The notes: generated by a model not told the origin, from the sequence alone. Shown: positions 25,526 to 38,640, counted from the first letter of the whole stretch. The stretch is 63,731 bases of DNA, filler included, from Octopus bimaculoides (GCF_001194135.2; 6 parts of 6 records of this genome joined end to end with filler, not necessarily neighbours in it); one strand, 5' to 3'. Numbers and translations are program-made.

Positions 25526-25571
25526 AACACAATATTTCGGCTGATATACCCTCCAACCTTCATCAGGTGTC
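25526..25571 (-). ncRNA. Minimal type-I hammerhead ribozyme motif (HHR1), Penelope-like
   Basis: GACAC-CTGATGA-A-GGTTG(loop)CAGCC-GAAA-TATT-GTGTT; stems I and II pair and stem III is the palindrome AATATT. Confidence 0.8.
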
Positions 25572-25980
25572 TCGGGAAAATCTCGAACCTAGGTTTTCAT
25601 TGTCCTCACATAAAGTAAATCTTTACAAGTGTTTCAAAAATTCAGTGACATATGTCGATCCAATAATCAAGTCCTTATCCATTCTACGTTTTCTCACCCA
25701 TTGCACACACGCGCACGCGCGCGTACACACTTACACATACTGAACAAAGTAAACAAAGGAATGAGAATGACGGTATTACATTTTCTAATTAGTTTCTGAG
25801 TCAATTAGGGAATTACACAATTTGAATGCCTAATCCATCACGTTCATTGATGTAGAAAAATAATACACGTTGCTGTAACTCTCGTAACTGATTAAAAGCG
25901 TGTAACAATTTCATTTTCATTCCTTTGTTTGCTTTTATGCTCAATGATTAATGAACCAACCTCATAATTTACACTTTATT

Positions 25981-26113
25981 CTTTATTCTTTTACTCGTTT
26001 CAGTCATTTTATTGGTTGCTTTTGCCGAACCACTAAGTTACGGGGACACAAACACACCAACACCGGCTATCATGCGGTGGTGGGTAACAAATATATACAC
26101 ACACACACACATG

Positions 26114-26169
<56 letters not shown>

Positions 26170-26482
26170 TACACACACACACACACACATATATATATAC
26201 GACAGGCTTCTTTCAGTTTCTGTCTACCAAATCCACACACAAGGCTGTATAGATTATTTACTTTTCTTTTACTTATTTCCGTCATTAGACTACGGCCATG
26301 CTGGAGTACCATCCTGAAGAATTTTTAGTCGAATGAATCGACCCCAGTGCTCATTTCCTTTAAGCATGGTACTTATTTTATCGGTCTCTTTACCGAACCG
26401 CTAAGTTACGGGCACGTAAACACAACACCGCTTGTCAAGCAGTGGTGGGGGACAATTATTGACACAAAGTGACACTCACACA
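25981..26482 (-). mobile_element. Two adjacent partial 'family D' SINEs (CORE-like body, internal microsatellite)
   Basis: GCCGAACC.CTAAGTTACGGG.AC..AAACAC body occurs twice; tail GGCCATGCTGGAGTACC at ~26294. Confidence 0.85.
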
Positions 26483-26682
26483 TAATATCAGTTAATGAAG
26501 TACAAAAGAACATGGGTTAACGGCTCCGAGGAAGCTATAGAATGTTACACAATTACTCAGATTTGTTTCTTGAAGCAGAAACAGCTGTAAGATAATGAAG
26601 TTGATTATGTAATTCCTGTTCTTCTGTTATTCATTGATGCAAACACACACACACATGTACAGGCACACACAGACACAGGCAC

Positions 26683-26725
<43 letters not shown>

Positions 26726-27646
26726 CACGTAAATGTATGTACGTATTGATACAAACACACAGGTTTGTATCCATCTAAATACGTACGTGAGTACGATTGT
26801 GTATATGTATGTATGAACGGACGCCCTTATATGAACATGTATATGAGGGTATATATGTATGCCTGTCTGTATGTGTGCCTGCATGTACGTACGTACGTAC
26901 GTACGTACGTACGTACGTACGTATGTATGTATGTATGTATGTATGTATGTATGCATGTATGTATGTGTGTTTGTATTATAATGTCAGCATGTATGGATTT
27001 ATGGATGTTTGTATGTATGCATGCTTGTATGTATGCATGCTTGTATGTATATAGAGATATATGTATGTATATGCACGTATGTATACTTATATGTATATAT
27101 GTATGTCTGTACGTGTGTACTTATGTAGGTACATATGCATGTATCTATTTAACTGCGTATACACGTATGTATGTATGTATGTATGTACGTACGCATATAT
27201 TTTATTCCGTACATTTTTGTCATTTGCGGGTTTACATGATCGGAATGTCGATCGGTCGTTGGTTTTGTTTGTGTCTATGTGACCTTAAACTCTTCTTGGT
27301 CAACAGATATTACAGGTAATGAATGAATCTGTTGGTATCTCTCAATAGAAATAAATAAACAACAATGAATAATCACTAAAACCTACTGGCCAATAAAAGT
27401 CATGGACGCGCTGATAAGAACGTTTGTGGAATTTTAAAAGCACAACAGCGACAACAAAAGCTATTCTTCAATACAAAGTAATAATGAAAACATGACATTT
27501 GAAGCTTTACAACAGCTGTAATTACTTAACGTTCGACATATGTTGCTCAAGTGGAATTTGATAGCTGAAAGAAGGCAACATCTGTAATCACAAAACTTTG
27601 TTTTCTTCTTTTTCTTTTTTTTTTCCTTCGAATATATTAAAATACA

Positions 27647-27837
27647 CCGTATTGGACATATAAAGGCGTACGGTCATATAAGGTGTACTTAAATTTCAGC
27701 AAGGCAGATTTCAGGGAAAAGGTGTCTTTAATTCATTGAAGCTAGCGCAGAAGACCCGACTTCACAAATAGATCCTGGGTTTATCTTTTGAGACATTTCG
27801 GAGATAAAAGCTGTGTTTTATATGCCATCAAATACGG
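27647..27837. mobile_element. Probable Tc1/pogo-type MITE
   Basis: Imperfect TIRs CCGTATT..GGACATATAAA and TTTATATGCCATCAAATACGG followed by TA. Confidence 0.5.
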
Positions 27838-27868
27838 TATGCATATATACATACAAACATACATACAT

Positions 27869-27908
<40 letters not shown>

Positions 27909-29129
27909 CTGATGATTGTACTAGGATACCAGACGTGTTAGGAATACTGTCTAGCATGCTCGCAGCACATGAAACTAATAGTAGCACATAAAAATATATT
28001 TTGTATTTACTAGATAATATTTACCTCTCACTAGAAGGGGTACTTTTTTGTTGATCTTACCATCACTGAACAGTACACACACACACATACACACATGTAT
28101 GTATATATNNNNNNNNNNNNNNNNNNNNNNNNNNNNNNNNNNNNNNNNNNNNNNNNNNNNNNNNNNNNNNNNNNNNNNNNNNNNNNNNNNNNNNNNNNNN
28201 NNNNNNNNNNNNNNNNNNNNNNNNNNNNNNNNNNNNNNNNNNNNNNNNNNNNNNNNNNNNNNNNTGTATGTATGTATGTATGTATGTATGTATGTATAGT
28301 CAATTCGAGGATGTTAGATTCACATTATGGATTATATTATCCAGAAAATTCCGCCCGTTAATCACTATCATATAATGAGAAAGTCCCTGCGAAATGTTAG
28401 GGATTATTGTAATAATACATATTATTAATATTGAAAGAAAGAAAGAAAATGGAGAAAGATGAATGTATGAATAATTTATTTGTATGATATAAAGATATTA
28501 AAATTTTAAAAGAATAACAATACAAATAAATTATAAGATATAAAACTCAAAAAGAAATGCGAAACGCATCTCCCATTTCTTTTTGAGCTTTACAACATAA
28601 TTTATTTGGATTGTAATTAAAAAAAAATTCAACAACTTTATATCATACGAATAAATTATTCAGACATCCATCTTTCTCTGTTTTTTTTCTTCTTTCAATA
28701 TTAATGATATATATACACATATATGTATATACACTCACATTCATTCATATATGACGGCTGTCTACTCGTTAGACGAGCATGACCATCGCTGAAAGGCGTG
28801 CACAATGTCGTTGCAAACCGAGTGCAGCTTACACAACACCATGACGACTGGGTACGACTGCATCTTAGAGAATGAAAGCTCAATGTTTTTTGTGGAATAT
28901 CAAAAGTATTATTATCGACAATTTTGATGCCGAATAGTCGGTTGTAGTTTGTCTCAAGCGGGACGTCAATTGTTTCACTAAGTAAAGGAGAATAAGTAAT
29001 CATGTATAGACAACCCACAGTATTACCTATCTACAAGGTATCGCGTCCAATGTAGTTGTCAATTGTTATCCTACCTAAAAGTGGAAGGCCTAAACGTTTA
29101 ATCAAAATCTCTCCAGAAATACTAGTTTC

Positions 29130-29335
29130 AAATTTAGGCACGAGGCCAGCAATTTCAGGGGAGAGGCTAATCGATTAATTCGCCTGGTACAGAGCCCAAC
29201 TGGTGCTTTTTTTGTTTATCAACCCCGAAAGGGTGAAAGGCAAAGTCAACCTCGACGGCATTTGAACCCAGAACATAAAAACGGACGAAATGCCGCTAAG
29301 AATTTTGCCCGGCATGCTCAAGATTCCGCCAACTG
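29130..29335 (-). mobile_element. Family C SINE with an alternative tail
   Basis: Family C head and body; ends AAATTGCTGGCCTCGTGCCTAAATTTGAAAC on the minus strand. Confidence 0.8.
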
Positions 29336-30586
29336 ATCGTTTTTCTCTCGGAAAATATTAAGAATGAAATTGTTTTGATCCTCACTGTTTTGCATGCAGT
29401 ACACACAGTAATTTATTATTTGTTCAGCAGACATCAACATGCTTCAAATAATCGCTTATTTGCTGGAATCTAAAAGAGTTTTTCACTCGTCTTTAGATTC
29501 ATTGACCCCGATGTAACTTTGACTGATGCGACATAATCAGATCGAAACAACGCGGTGTCTCAAAGTCTCCTTACATCTATAAAACAAGTATGTTATGAGC
29601 ACACACCGTCTGAAGGGAGACTGTGTTCTCCGAAGAGGAAATATAATAGCTATTAGCATATTCACACATTCGAATTTGCCAGAACGTATTGGGAATAAAT
29701 ATATGTCTTTGTTCTGATTCTCGTTATTCTCCGTGGCATATGGTAATTTATCAAACCAATTGCTGTTCGGTTTCTAAATGTCTCAGATGAGCTATTCTTA
29801 AAACAATTATAACTTTACAGATTATTAACTGCTAACTTTAGAAAGGAAACACTTTTCAATATTTACATCAACTCTATGTTTCGCTCGGTTTAATCTCCGA
29901 TCGTTATCTGATGATGCACAATAACGAGTGGAAGATAAACCAATCGAAACGTAAATGCGTAGATATTAATATTTTAAAATATATCAGCTCTAACGATGAG
30001 ATTAATAACCCGAAAAATTACAATAATATTCAATTAGTTAAGCTTTCAATTTTTGCTGCAACAGTTCCTACTTGGAATATTGTCAGGACTATTCAGAATA
30101 CAAATGTCGATGTGAGAAAAGAATGTTTCTGAATTCTAAAGCTATTTTCCTTTCCGATATTTTGTCGTATTTCGACTTAAGACGCATCTTCCTTTTCTTT
30201 ATAATATTTTGAGGTATATCGACTTGTAATATATATTCTTTCTCCTATTAGAGTTTCGGTATATTTTGAATGCATATCTACACAAAAATATGTACATATA
30301 TACAAATGTATATATATATACATACATACGTACACACTCATACATACGTGGGTGGGGTGTATGCGTGTATGTCTGTGTGCATAATTGTACTATTTTTGAA
30401 GAATTTTCATTCGGTTTGCATCTTCTTTGTAGTATTTTATTGCTTTTCGATTGGATATACATCTTGTTTTTCGTATTTTACCGTCACGCGCTCGCGTGCA
30501 CACACGCGCACACACGCACATACACACACGCACATGCACATACAAATATATAGACACATAGATAGATACATACATACATACATACA

Positions 30587-30655
<69 letters not shown>

Positions 30656-31689
30656 NNNNNNNNNNNNNNNNNNNNNNNNNNNNNNNNNNNNNNNNNNNNN
30701 NNNNNNNNNNNNNNNNNNNNNNNNNNNNNNNNNNNNNNNNNNNNNNNNNNNNNNNNNNNNNNNNNNNNNNNNNNNNNNNNNNNNNNNNNNNNNNNNNNNN
30801 NNNNNNNNNNNNNNNNNNNNNNNNNNNNNNNNNNNNNNNNNNNNNNNNNNNNNNNNNNNNNNNNNNNNNNNNNNNNNNNNNNNNNNNNNNNNNNNNNNNN
30901 NNNNNNNNNNNNNNNNNNNNNNNNNNNNNNNNNNNNNNNNNNNNNNNNNNNNNNNNNNNNNNNNNNNNNNNNNNNNNNNNNNNNNNNNNNNNNNNNNNNN
31001 NNNNNNNNNNNNNNNNNNNNNNNNNNNNNNNNNNNNNNNNNNNNNNNNNNNNNNNNNNNNNNNNNNNNNNNNNNNNNNNNNNNNNNNNNNNNNATATACA
31101 CACACATGTATGAATGATGAATGATGAATAAATAGACAGATAGGCAAGCAGGCAGGCAGGCAGGCAGGCAGACAGACAGATATATCTCCTCCTTTGTAGT
31201 GCCTTTGAAGTGTTTTCATTTGGTTTGTATAGTCCTTTGTAGTAATTTTTGCAGTATTTTTCTGTTTGGAACGTATCTTCCTTTGATGTCAAATGTTATA
31301 AATTCTTTCTTTTAATGACATTAAATCCATCCAAGATGTAGCTACAAGAAATCAATATTCTATCAAAATAACATTCACAACATAGAATCTTTTCTATCAC
31401 GTCTTAATTTCATCATTATTTGAATTCAGTTAATGGCGTTCATTTTTCTTCCAAATATTGATTTTTAAATATTTTTGTTTGTGCTCCTCTTCTTTGTTTT
31501 TGGCTTTTATTTTCGGAAATTTAATTGCTTACAAAGAACTCCGAATTTTCATTTGTTTGTCTGTTTGTTTGCCTTTTTATATTTGAAGTAGTAAAATTAT
31601 TTAATTTTATTCTTTAATGGTTCTTCTATATTAAGACAGTGTCACATCTTTACTTAATCAGTGTCGAACTCAGGTCGAACTCAGTGAGC

Positions 31690-32540
31690 TAGAAATAGAA
31701 GTTAAATTGCCTCAAATAATGTCTTATTCGCTACAAGAATAGGAAGAACATATTGGACAGCATTGTCCTAGACGAGTATATCCTTGAAAATTATGTGATG
31801 ATGATAAATTCTTAATCATTACCGAACACTTGACCTTGCAAGCCAATAAACGGCAACTTTTTTCTTGGTACGCTCGGATTGCTAAAAATAGAAACCAAAC
31901 TACCTCAAATCGTGTCTTACTGTCTACAAAAACAGTAAGAATGCATTTGATATCATTGTCCTAGACATACATATCCTAGAAAATTATGGGAAGGCCACAA
32001 TTCCTTAATCAGTACAAATTCTTGGCCAGCGTGAGCTTCTAAACGATAGCTTTTTTCTAGGTACAAACTCGGTGTGTCAGGAATTGAAGCCTAATCACCT
32101 CGAATCATATCTCACTATCTTTCAAAAAAAGAACACATGGGATAGTATTGACATAGATACACATATCCTAGAAAACTAGGATTGCCACGCTTGTACTTGG
32201 CCTGGGTCAACAAATAAACCGTAGTAGTTGTCGGGGTAATCTCAGTTTATTAGAAATAGAAGCTAAATTATTTCAAAGCAAAACGGAAGAACATATTGGA
32301 TAGTATTGCCCTAGATACACATATCCTTGAAAATTATGAGATACTCACAATTACTTAATAGCGAACCCATATAGTTTATCTTGGTGAGCCAATAAACAGG
32401 AGCCTTTTTCTGAGTATGCTCAACCTATTGGAAGTAGAAGCCATTTTGTCTCAAATCATATCCTACTCTGCACAAAAAAGGTAAGAACACTTTGGAAGAA
32501 ATTATTTTAGTTAATTTAGAAAATTAAGGGTTGGCAACAA
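31690..32540. repeat. Degenerate ~190-bp tandem repeat, about 5 units
   Basis: Anchor (C/T)ATTG(T/A/C)C..AGA(C/T)...ATATCCT.GAAAA at 31761, 31954, 32146 and 32304; AAGAACA..TTGGA recurs at 32287 and 32483. Confidence 0.8.
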
Positions 32541-32731
32541 TTCGGGAGCATTTCATTGTCACACGTTGGTTTAATTAGAGGTTATATGGGGACAAACAGC
32601 AGCACCATCACCATCAACAATAACAACAGCAGCAATACGGTATCTATTTCACGCCAGAATATGAAGATCTTGCCCATGAGATGTGTCAACTTTCACATCA
32701 CACACGTTCATCCACACCAACATACATATAG

Positions 32732-32762
<31 letters not shown>

Positions 32763-32831
32763 ACATATGGTATAATTATAAATAGGGCACATTTTAACCA
32801 TTTCTCCGCAGACTGAAAAAGATGATGAACA

Positions 32832-32874
32832 ACCTTAATCGATTTTTGAACCTTATTGGGTTCTCATCAGAGGT
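32832..32874 (-). ncRNA. Minimal type-I hammerhead motif (HHR2) with G12->A change
   Basis: ACCT-CTGATGA-GAACC(CAATAA)GGTTC-AAAA-ATCGAT-TA-AGGT; stems I and II are perfect and stem III is the palindrome AATCGATT. Confidence 0.75.
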
Positions 32875-34169
32875 GTCTACATCATTCTGGCAGTCTACAG
32901 AGAAACAAGCAGCCAAACTGATTATATACTCAACAAATGTAGCGGTTACTCTATAGAGGACTCCCTAATTTGCATACCGAAAGTGTTTAACATTCTATAA
33001 ATACCAGCGGCCTGTGAACGGGGATCTTAGTCCACATAGTATCAAAGTATGATATAATATATATGTAACATAAGCTCGTAATATTGATTTTTCAATGTGT
33101 TCACAGTGAGTTCTGTGTAATTTCATCCGTTGTCGACTAGGAAGTATACCTCTGGTATTTTTCTTTCCCTAGTGAACGCTCTATTTTTTGTTCTTTCTGA
33201 CTATTTACACTATTATACACATATCACTTTTTACTGTTTCTAAATATTTTCTTGTGAAAGTGTAATCCTGTCAGGCATGTGCAAACTTTCCATTTGGAAC
33301 CACGAAAATAACTTTTAATGGAAGACATGGAAACTTACTCGTCTTCAAAAGCAAGTTATAAGAGTCCCTACGTGGTTTATTGACTTGCTAGAAACGGTAA
33401 CAAAACAAATCTTTCGAAATACCTCATCATTTCTTAGGAAAGACGTGTCATGTGAATAATGTAGACCAAGATAAACTATGTGTGAGAAACAAAACAGTAT
33501 GGTCACAAATGGAACACCTTTGTTCACATAGGTTTCTTCGTTCAGGACCTATCAGGGACTATATCTTCAAAAACAAGCAATAAATGTGTGTCGGCAAGAG
33601 GTTTCAATCTCTTACACCCTTCCTATGGTGATTTGCCACAGGAAATATAATTGAAGTTGCTAAGTTTTCCACTGTACTGTATTTATCTAGGCAATATAAT
33701 AAATTGCTAGACAGCGGCAACAGCAGCAACGGCAGCAGCAGCAACGATATCAACTGCAGTAGTTGTAGTCGTAGTAATAGCATCAATAACAGAAGTGACA
33801 ATTATCAGTTAATTCGGTCTGACATTTTAAACTGAGTCAATACAAGTAAGGAATGTGATTACGTCTTCAATGAAGATTTATCGTGGACAGACAGAATTTA
33901 ATTAAAAGGTCAAAAATGGTTTATTGAATCGATTGCAAAGGTTTCCAACCGACGCAGGAAATAAGAATTCGCCTCGTTTGTTTATTTGCTTTTCTTTTTC
34001 TTTGTTTGTTTGTTTGTTTGTTTGTTTTTTTGTTTTTTTTTTGTCATTCATCTTTTGGTTGTATCTCCTTCTACGAGAACGTGCATAAAGACTTACAAAA
34101 TAACTGCTAAAGACTGCTTAAATTGTTTACTATTCCTAATCTCGAAGAAACTTAAAAATCGTTGAGTTC

Positions 34170-34262
34170 TCTACCACATGGGTTGTGGGTTCAGACCCAC
34201 TGTGTGGTACCTTCGGCAAGTGTCTTTTACTATAGCTCGGGCCGACCAAAGCCTTGTGAGTG
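34170..34262 (+). mobile_element. Family D SINE head/CORE fragment
   Basis: GGGTTCAGACCCACTGTGTGGTACCTTCGGCAAGTGTCTT...GGCCGACCAAAGCCTTGTGAGTGG. Confidence 0.8.
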
Positions 34263-34409
34263 GCTTCGATAGTGCGAGTGGCTTTCGCTAAATATTTAAA
34301 ACGCCTATATAGTCGCGAGCAGATATATACACCCTCTCAGCATATCCAGGACATGACAACTGCAGGGGGAAAGAGCTACAACAGTACCGGACTTGTTATC
34401 AACATACAC

Positions 34410-34518
34410 CCGAAATGAGGTACGTAGCTCAAGGAAACAACATATCGCCTGGTCCAGAAATTGAACCTTCTCTCTTATGATCTTATGCCGAACACCCTAA
34501 CCACTAGGCTACACGCTA
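34410..34518 (-). mobile_element. SINE head fragment, 'family B' type
   Basis: Minus strand GTAGCCTAGTGGTTAGGGTGTTCGG...GGTTCAATTTCTGG...GTTTCCTTGAGC. Confidence 0.65.
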
Positions 34519-34569
34519 CACCACTTCACAGTATTTCTTTCTTTTGTTTTTTTATATATCATACATAAA

Positions 34570-34918
34570 TTGGCACTCCGTCGCTTACGACGTCGAGGGT
34601 TCCAGTTGATCCGATCAACGGAACAGCCTGCTCGTGAAATTAACGTGCAAGTGGCTGAGCACTCCACAGACACGTGTACTCTTAACGTAGTTTTCGGGTA
34701 CACGTATTCAGCGTGACACAGTGTGACAAGGCTGACCCTTTGAATTAGAGGCACAACAGAAACAGGAAGTAAGAGTGAGAGAAAGTTGTGGTGAAAGAGC
34801 ACAGCAGGGTTCGCCACCATCCCCTGTCGTAGCCTCGTGGAGCTTTAGGTGTTTTCGCTCAATAAACACTCACAACGCCCGGTCTGGGAATCGAAACCGC
34901 GATCCTATGACCGCGTGT
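34570..34918 (-). mobile_element. Family A SINE, head cut by a gap
   Basis: Aligns with 13345-13728. Confidence 0.9.
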
Positions 34919-35555
34919 NNNNNNNNNNNNNNNNNNNNNNNNNNNNNNNNNNNNNNNNNNNNNNNNNNNNNNNNNNNNNNNNNNNNNNNNNNNNNNNNNN
35001 NNNNNNNNNNNNNNNNNNNTTTTTTTTTTTTTTTGCTTTTCTTCGTTTCATAATATATTTATATATATTTATGCTCCCATGAATTAAATAAGTCTGCCAA
35101 TTCGAGTTTTAGCACACAAAATGCTAGAGCTGTATTCTCTTGTGACTTGCTCTCTTTACACTTAAATAATAAATTATGGAGTGAGAATGACAAATGTATG
35201 TAGTTAGGCAGAACAAGTAACCTCGACACTAAAACAGATTAATGTATGGCGCTCGGTTGCTGTATTTTGAGACTTGTGGTAGTTTTTGGTTCTGTTTTAA
35301 CCGTACTATAAATTAACTTGTACAATATGCGAAAAACCAATACAATATTTGGTACACTTCGTATCAATATCGTTAAGAGTAAAATGCTTTTAGCTATCAA
35401 ACTAGTGTAAGGTGTTTAATCCAGAAGCGTTTTCCGCAGTGCTCTCTGTGCTAATAAATAAACGAATTGATAAATTAATTTATTGATGTAAACGGTATAA
35501 CGTCCTAAATTTTTTTTATAAGGATTGCGTAGTTTAGGTTTACACACAACAAATA

Positions 35556-35760
35556 CAGGGTGTCCACAAAGTCTGGGTACACGAGGATTAACACATACTG
35601 TAAGAAATTATTTCTTATATCTAATTATGTTATGATTTTATTTACGCCATGTACCCACATGGAGATTAACACATTCTTTAAGAAATTTTTATTTCTTATA
35701 TTTAATTGTTTATATTATGATTTTATTTACTCTATGTACCCAGACCTTGTAGACACCCTG
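35556..35760. mobile_element. Tc1/mariner-type MITE with TA TSD and internal duplication
   Basis: TA-CAGGGTGTCCACAAAGTCTGGGTACA ... TGTACCCAGACCTTGTAGACACCCTG-TA (26-bp TIR, 2 mismatches). Confidence 0.9.
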
Positions 35761-35997
35761 TATAACACACTTACTTGCTCAAAGATTGAAAAAAAAAACT
35801 CACACATAGACGTACACACGTACATGTATATGTGTGTAACGTACGTACGTATAGACACACACATAACTACACTCATACATATATGTTTGTATGTGCGTAT
35901 ATGAATACACATAATATACATTATATTCACACACTCACACTCACACACACTCACACTCACACACACTCACACTCACACACTCACACACACACATATG

Positions 35998-36286
35998 ATG
36001 GACTCTCCCGTCAAAGACGACGCATGAGTGTTCGGTTTTTTGCCGAACGACCAGCACAAACGATTGGTGTATAGTGATTAAATGGTCACACCGCACATTA
36101 TCTCGTTTTCTCCATTAAATCGACGTTGTCTAAACAGGTGCACTGTGTGCCACGCGTCAGGAGTCGAAGTGGTTGCAGAACAACGTGAGATGAAGTGTTT
36201 TGCTCAAGAACACAACACACCACCCGGTCTTGGAATTGAAACCACAACCTCACGATCCTGATTGCAACATCCTAATCACTCGGTCA
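35998..36286 (-). mobile_element. SINE with B-type head/CORE and a distinct tail ('family E')
   Basis: Minus strand GTGATTAGGATGTTGC...GGTTTCAATTCC...TTGTGTTCTTGAGCAAAACACTT...GTTCGGCAAAAAACC...GACGGGAGAGTCC. Confidence 0.7.
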
Positions 36287-36586
36287 ATCCCAAATTTTAT
36301 TTAATTTGCTTTGCGGGAGCAACTGTTTTATCGAAAGCGTATATTGTTGTTAAATTTTCGAAATACGAGACTAGAAAAACAGCCAACAACTGATGGAGGG
36401 TCGTTTTTTATGTTGTTTGCTTTGTTTTCCATTTGTGTCTTTCGTTGTTCGAAAGAATAGTTCATGTTCCATGTACTCGTGCTTCGTATTCTTTTGTTGT
36501 ACACATTTCGTGATGTCCTGTGCCCACATATGCATATATATATATACATACGTATAGATGTATGTACATATACGTATGTATATATG

Positions 36587-36621
<35 letters not shown>

Positions 36622-37892
36622 GGAAAGTAACGAAAATAATTTTCAACCTTTGATGCAAAGCCACGAATTTTATAAAAGAGTACAATAAATTATATTAACT
36701 CTAGTAAGTAGATCATAAATACGTTATTGATTATATTGATCTTAGTAAATGAATCGTAATTGGTAATCACATCATCGACTATATTGCCCTTTGTGTTCAT
36801 TCATAACAACGTGATTCAAAAGAGACAAAAAAGAAGATAAAGTTGAACCCGACGGGATTGTGAACATATTGAAACATATGTTAAATAGCACAAGGTATTT
36901 AGTTTGACGTTTGTATCAATGTTGCAATCCACCTTCTTGAAGAGAATTAATTTCTTACAAAGAGTAAGGCTTCGAATTTTAAAGATAAGATGTAGGGGAT
37001 TGCATAAAGTGGTATTTTATTTCACCAATCCCGGCAAGATTAATGCCAATGTTGACTTTGGCAGGAATTGAACTAATAAAACCAGGGTTAACAACTAAAT
37101 ATCGCAAAGAATTACATTTTGTTTCTCGTTCTACCGACTTTACCAAACTATGAGCCTGAAGATAATTAAAATTGAAAACTAATTGTAATTAATTCTTTCA
37201 GATGAGTTCTCTTTATTTTATTTTTTTCCAATTCACACCTTACCTGCCAGCCAACTGTTAAACATTAATTACGGAGACTTCTTAATTACATATTCTCACC
37301 GGCACAATTTTAACGAAACATATCTAATTACAATGGTATGTGGAGACAATTCACACCTCTCACTTGCAGAGTCTTCTTTATAGTCTGTCATTTAAACAAA
37401 CAAAATTTATTGCTTTCCATTGTAAGACCGAAATAAAGCTAAAATAAAACACCAAATATATATGCGGAAAAATTTAAGACAATTGAATCCTGAAACCTAG
37501 TCTTCGGTGACATGACAGTGCTTCTATAATTTTTCTCTCAGACGAAATAATATACAAATCTACAATTCTAATTTATTCACCTTTAACTGTAAGTATCTTA
37601 TCTTATAAAGAAGGTGCCGTTCCCTATATAGACACAAATGTAATTCCTTCCCAAATAAATTGCATTTCATATTCGGGGCTTCGATGAAGCTATAATGTGT
37701 TATTCAGACACTCAACAATGAGACCACTGCATTTTATTGCAGAAACAACTGTAAACTAATGAAGTTCATAAGATAATCATTTATTCCTTTCCCATCTCTC
37801 TTTCTTATTATTGCTCTATACTCGAAAAACACTTCGTTCTGAAACATACGCATATTGAATTCTACATCAGGTTATTAGTCTCACTATGCCTA

Positions 37893-37928
<36 letters not shown>

Positions 37929-38009
37929 TATATATATACTATATATATATATACTATATATATACTATATATACTATATATATATAATCTTTTCCCCCCC
38001 ACGACTTGT

Positions 38010-38250
38010 TTTCTTAAGCTTACTACTTATTCTATCTCTCTCTTTTGCCGAGCCGTTAAGTTACAGGGACGTAAACACACCAACACCGGTTGTCCAGCAG
38101 TGTTGGGGAGACAAACACAGACATAAATACACGAACACACACACGCATATGTACATACGACGGGCTTCTTTCAATTTCCGTCTGCCGAATCCACTCACAA
38201 AGCTTTGGTCGGCCCGAAGCTATAGTAGAAGACACTTGCCCAAGGTGCCA
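38010..38250 (-). mobile_element. Partial family D SINE
   Basis: Body, internal (CA)n and CORE-like GCTTTGGTCGGCCCG..GCTATAGTAGAAGACACTTGCCCAAGGTGCCA. Confidence 0.85.
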
Positions 38251-38303
38251 CCATCTCACTACTGTTGTGAATTGTAAAACCTAACTGTCACTACTACTAT
38301 ATC

Positions 38304-38344
38304 AACCTGAAGATTGCATAGTTTAATGCATGAAAGTACTAGTT
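38304..38344 (+). ncRNA. Minimal type-I hammerhead motif (HHR3)
   Basis: AAC-CTGAAGA-T-TGCAT(AGTTTA)ATGCA-T-GAAA-GTACT-A-GTT; stem III is the palindrome AGTACT with a CUA triplet. Confidence 0.65.
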
Positions 38345-38489
38345 CAACTGGAATGAACATTTGATATTCTATCATTTCATTATATTATATTATCAGATAC
38401 TATATTATTATAGGATTGTAAATAAAACGTGAAAATCAAAGTTAGAATTCCTTTGATTAATATTTTCTTCTAAAAAATCATACAGACCC

Positions 38490-38526
<37 letters not shown>

Positions 38527-38593
38527 TGTGTGTGTGTATGGCCGCACTCAAATGCCTGAAACAAGTAAAACAATAAATATGTGTGTGTGTATG

Positions 38594-38640
<47 letters not shown>

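Noticed and set aside
28740-29060. GC-richer island as an upstream bib exon or separate gene
   Set aside because: No recognisable peptide or convincing splice pair; it could be an old repeat or an enhancer.
29608-29955. Hammerhead-like strings at ~29610 (GGAGA/TCTCC stem) and ~29908 (CTGATGA...GAAACGTA)
   Set aside because: The first lacks both core strands and the second lacks stems I and II.
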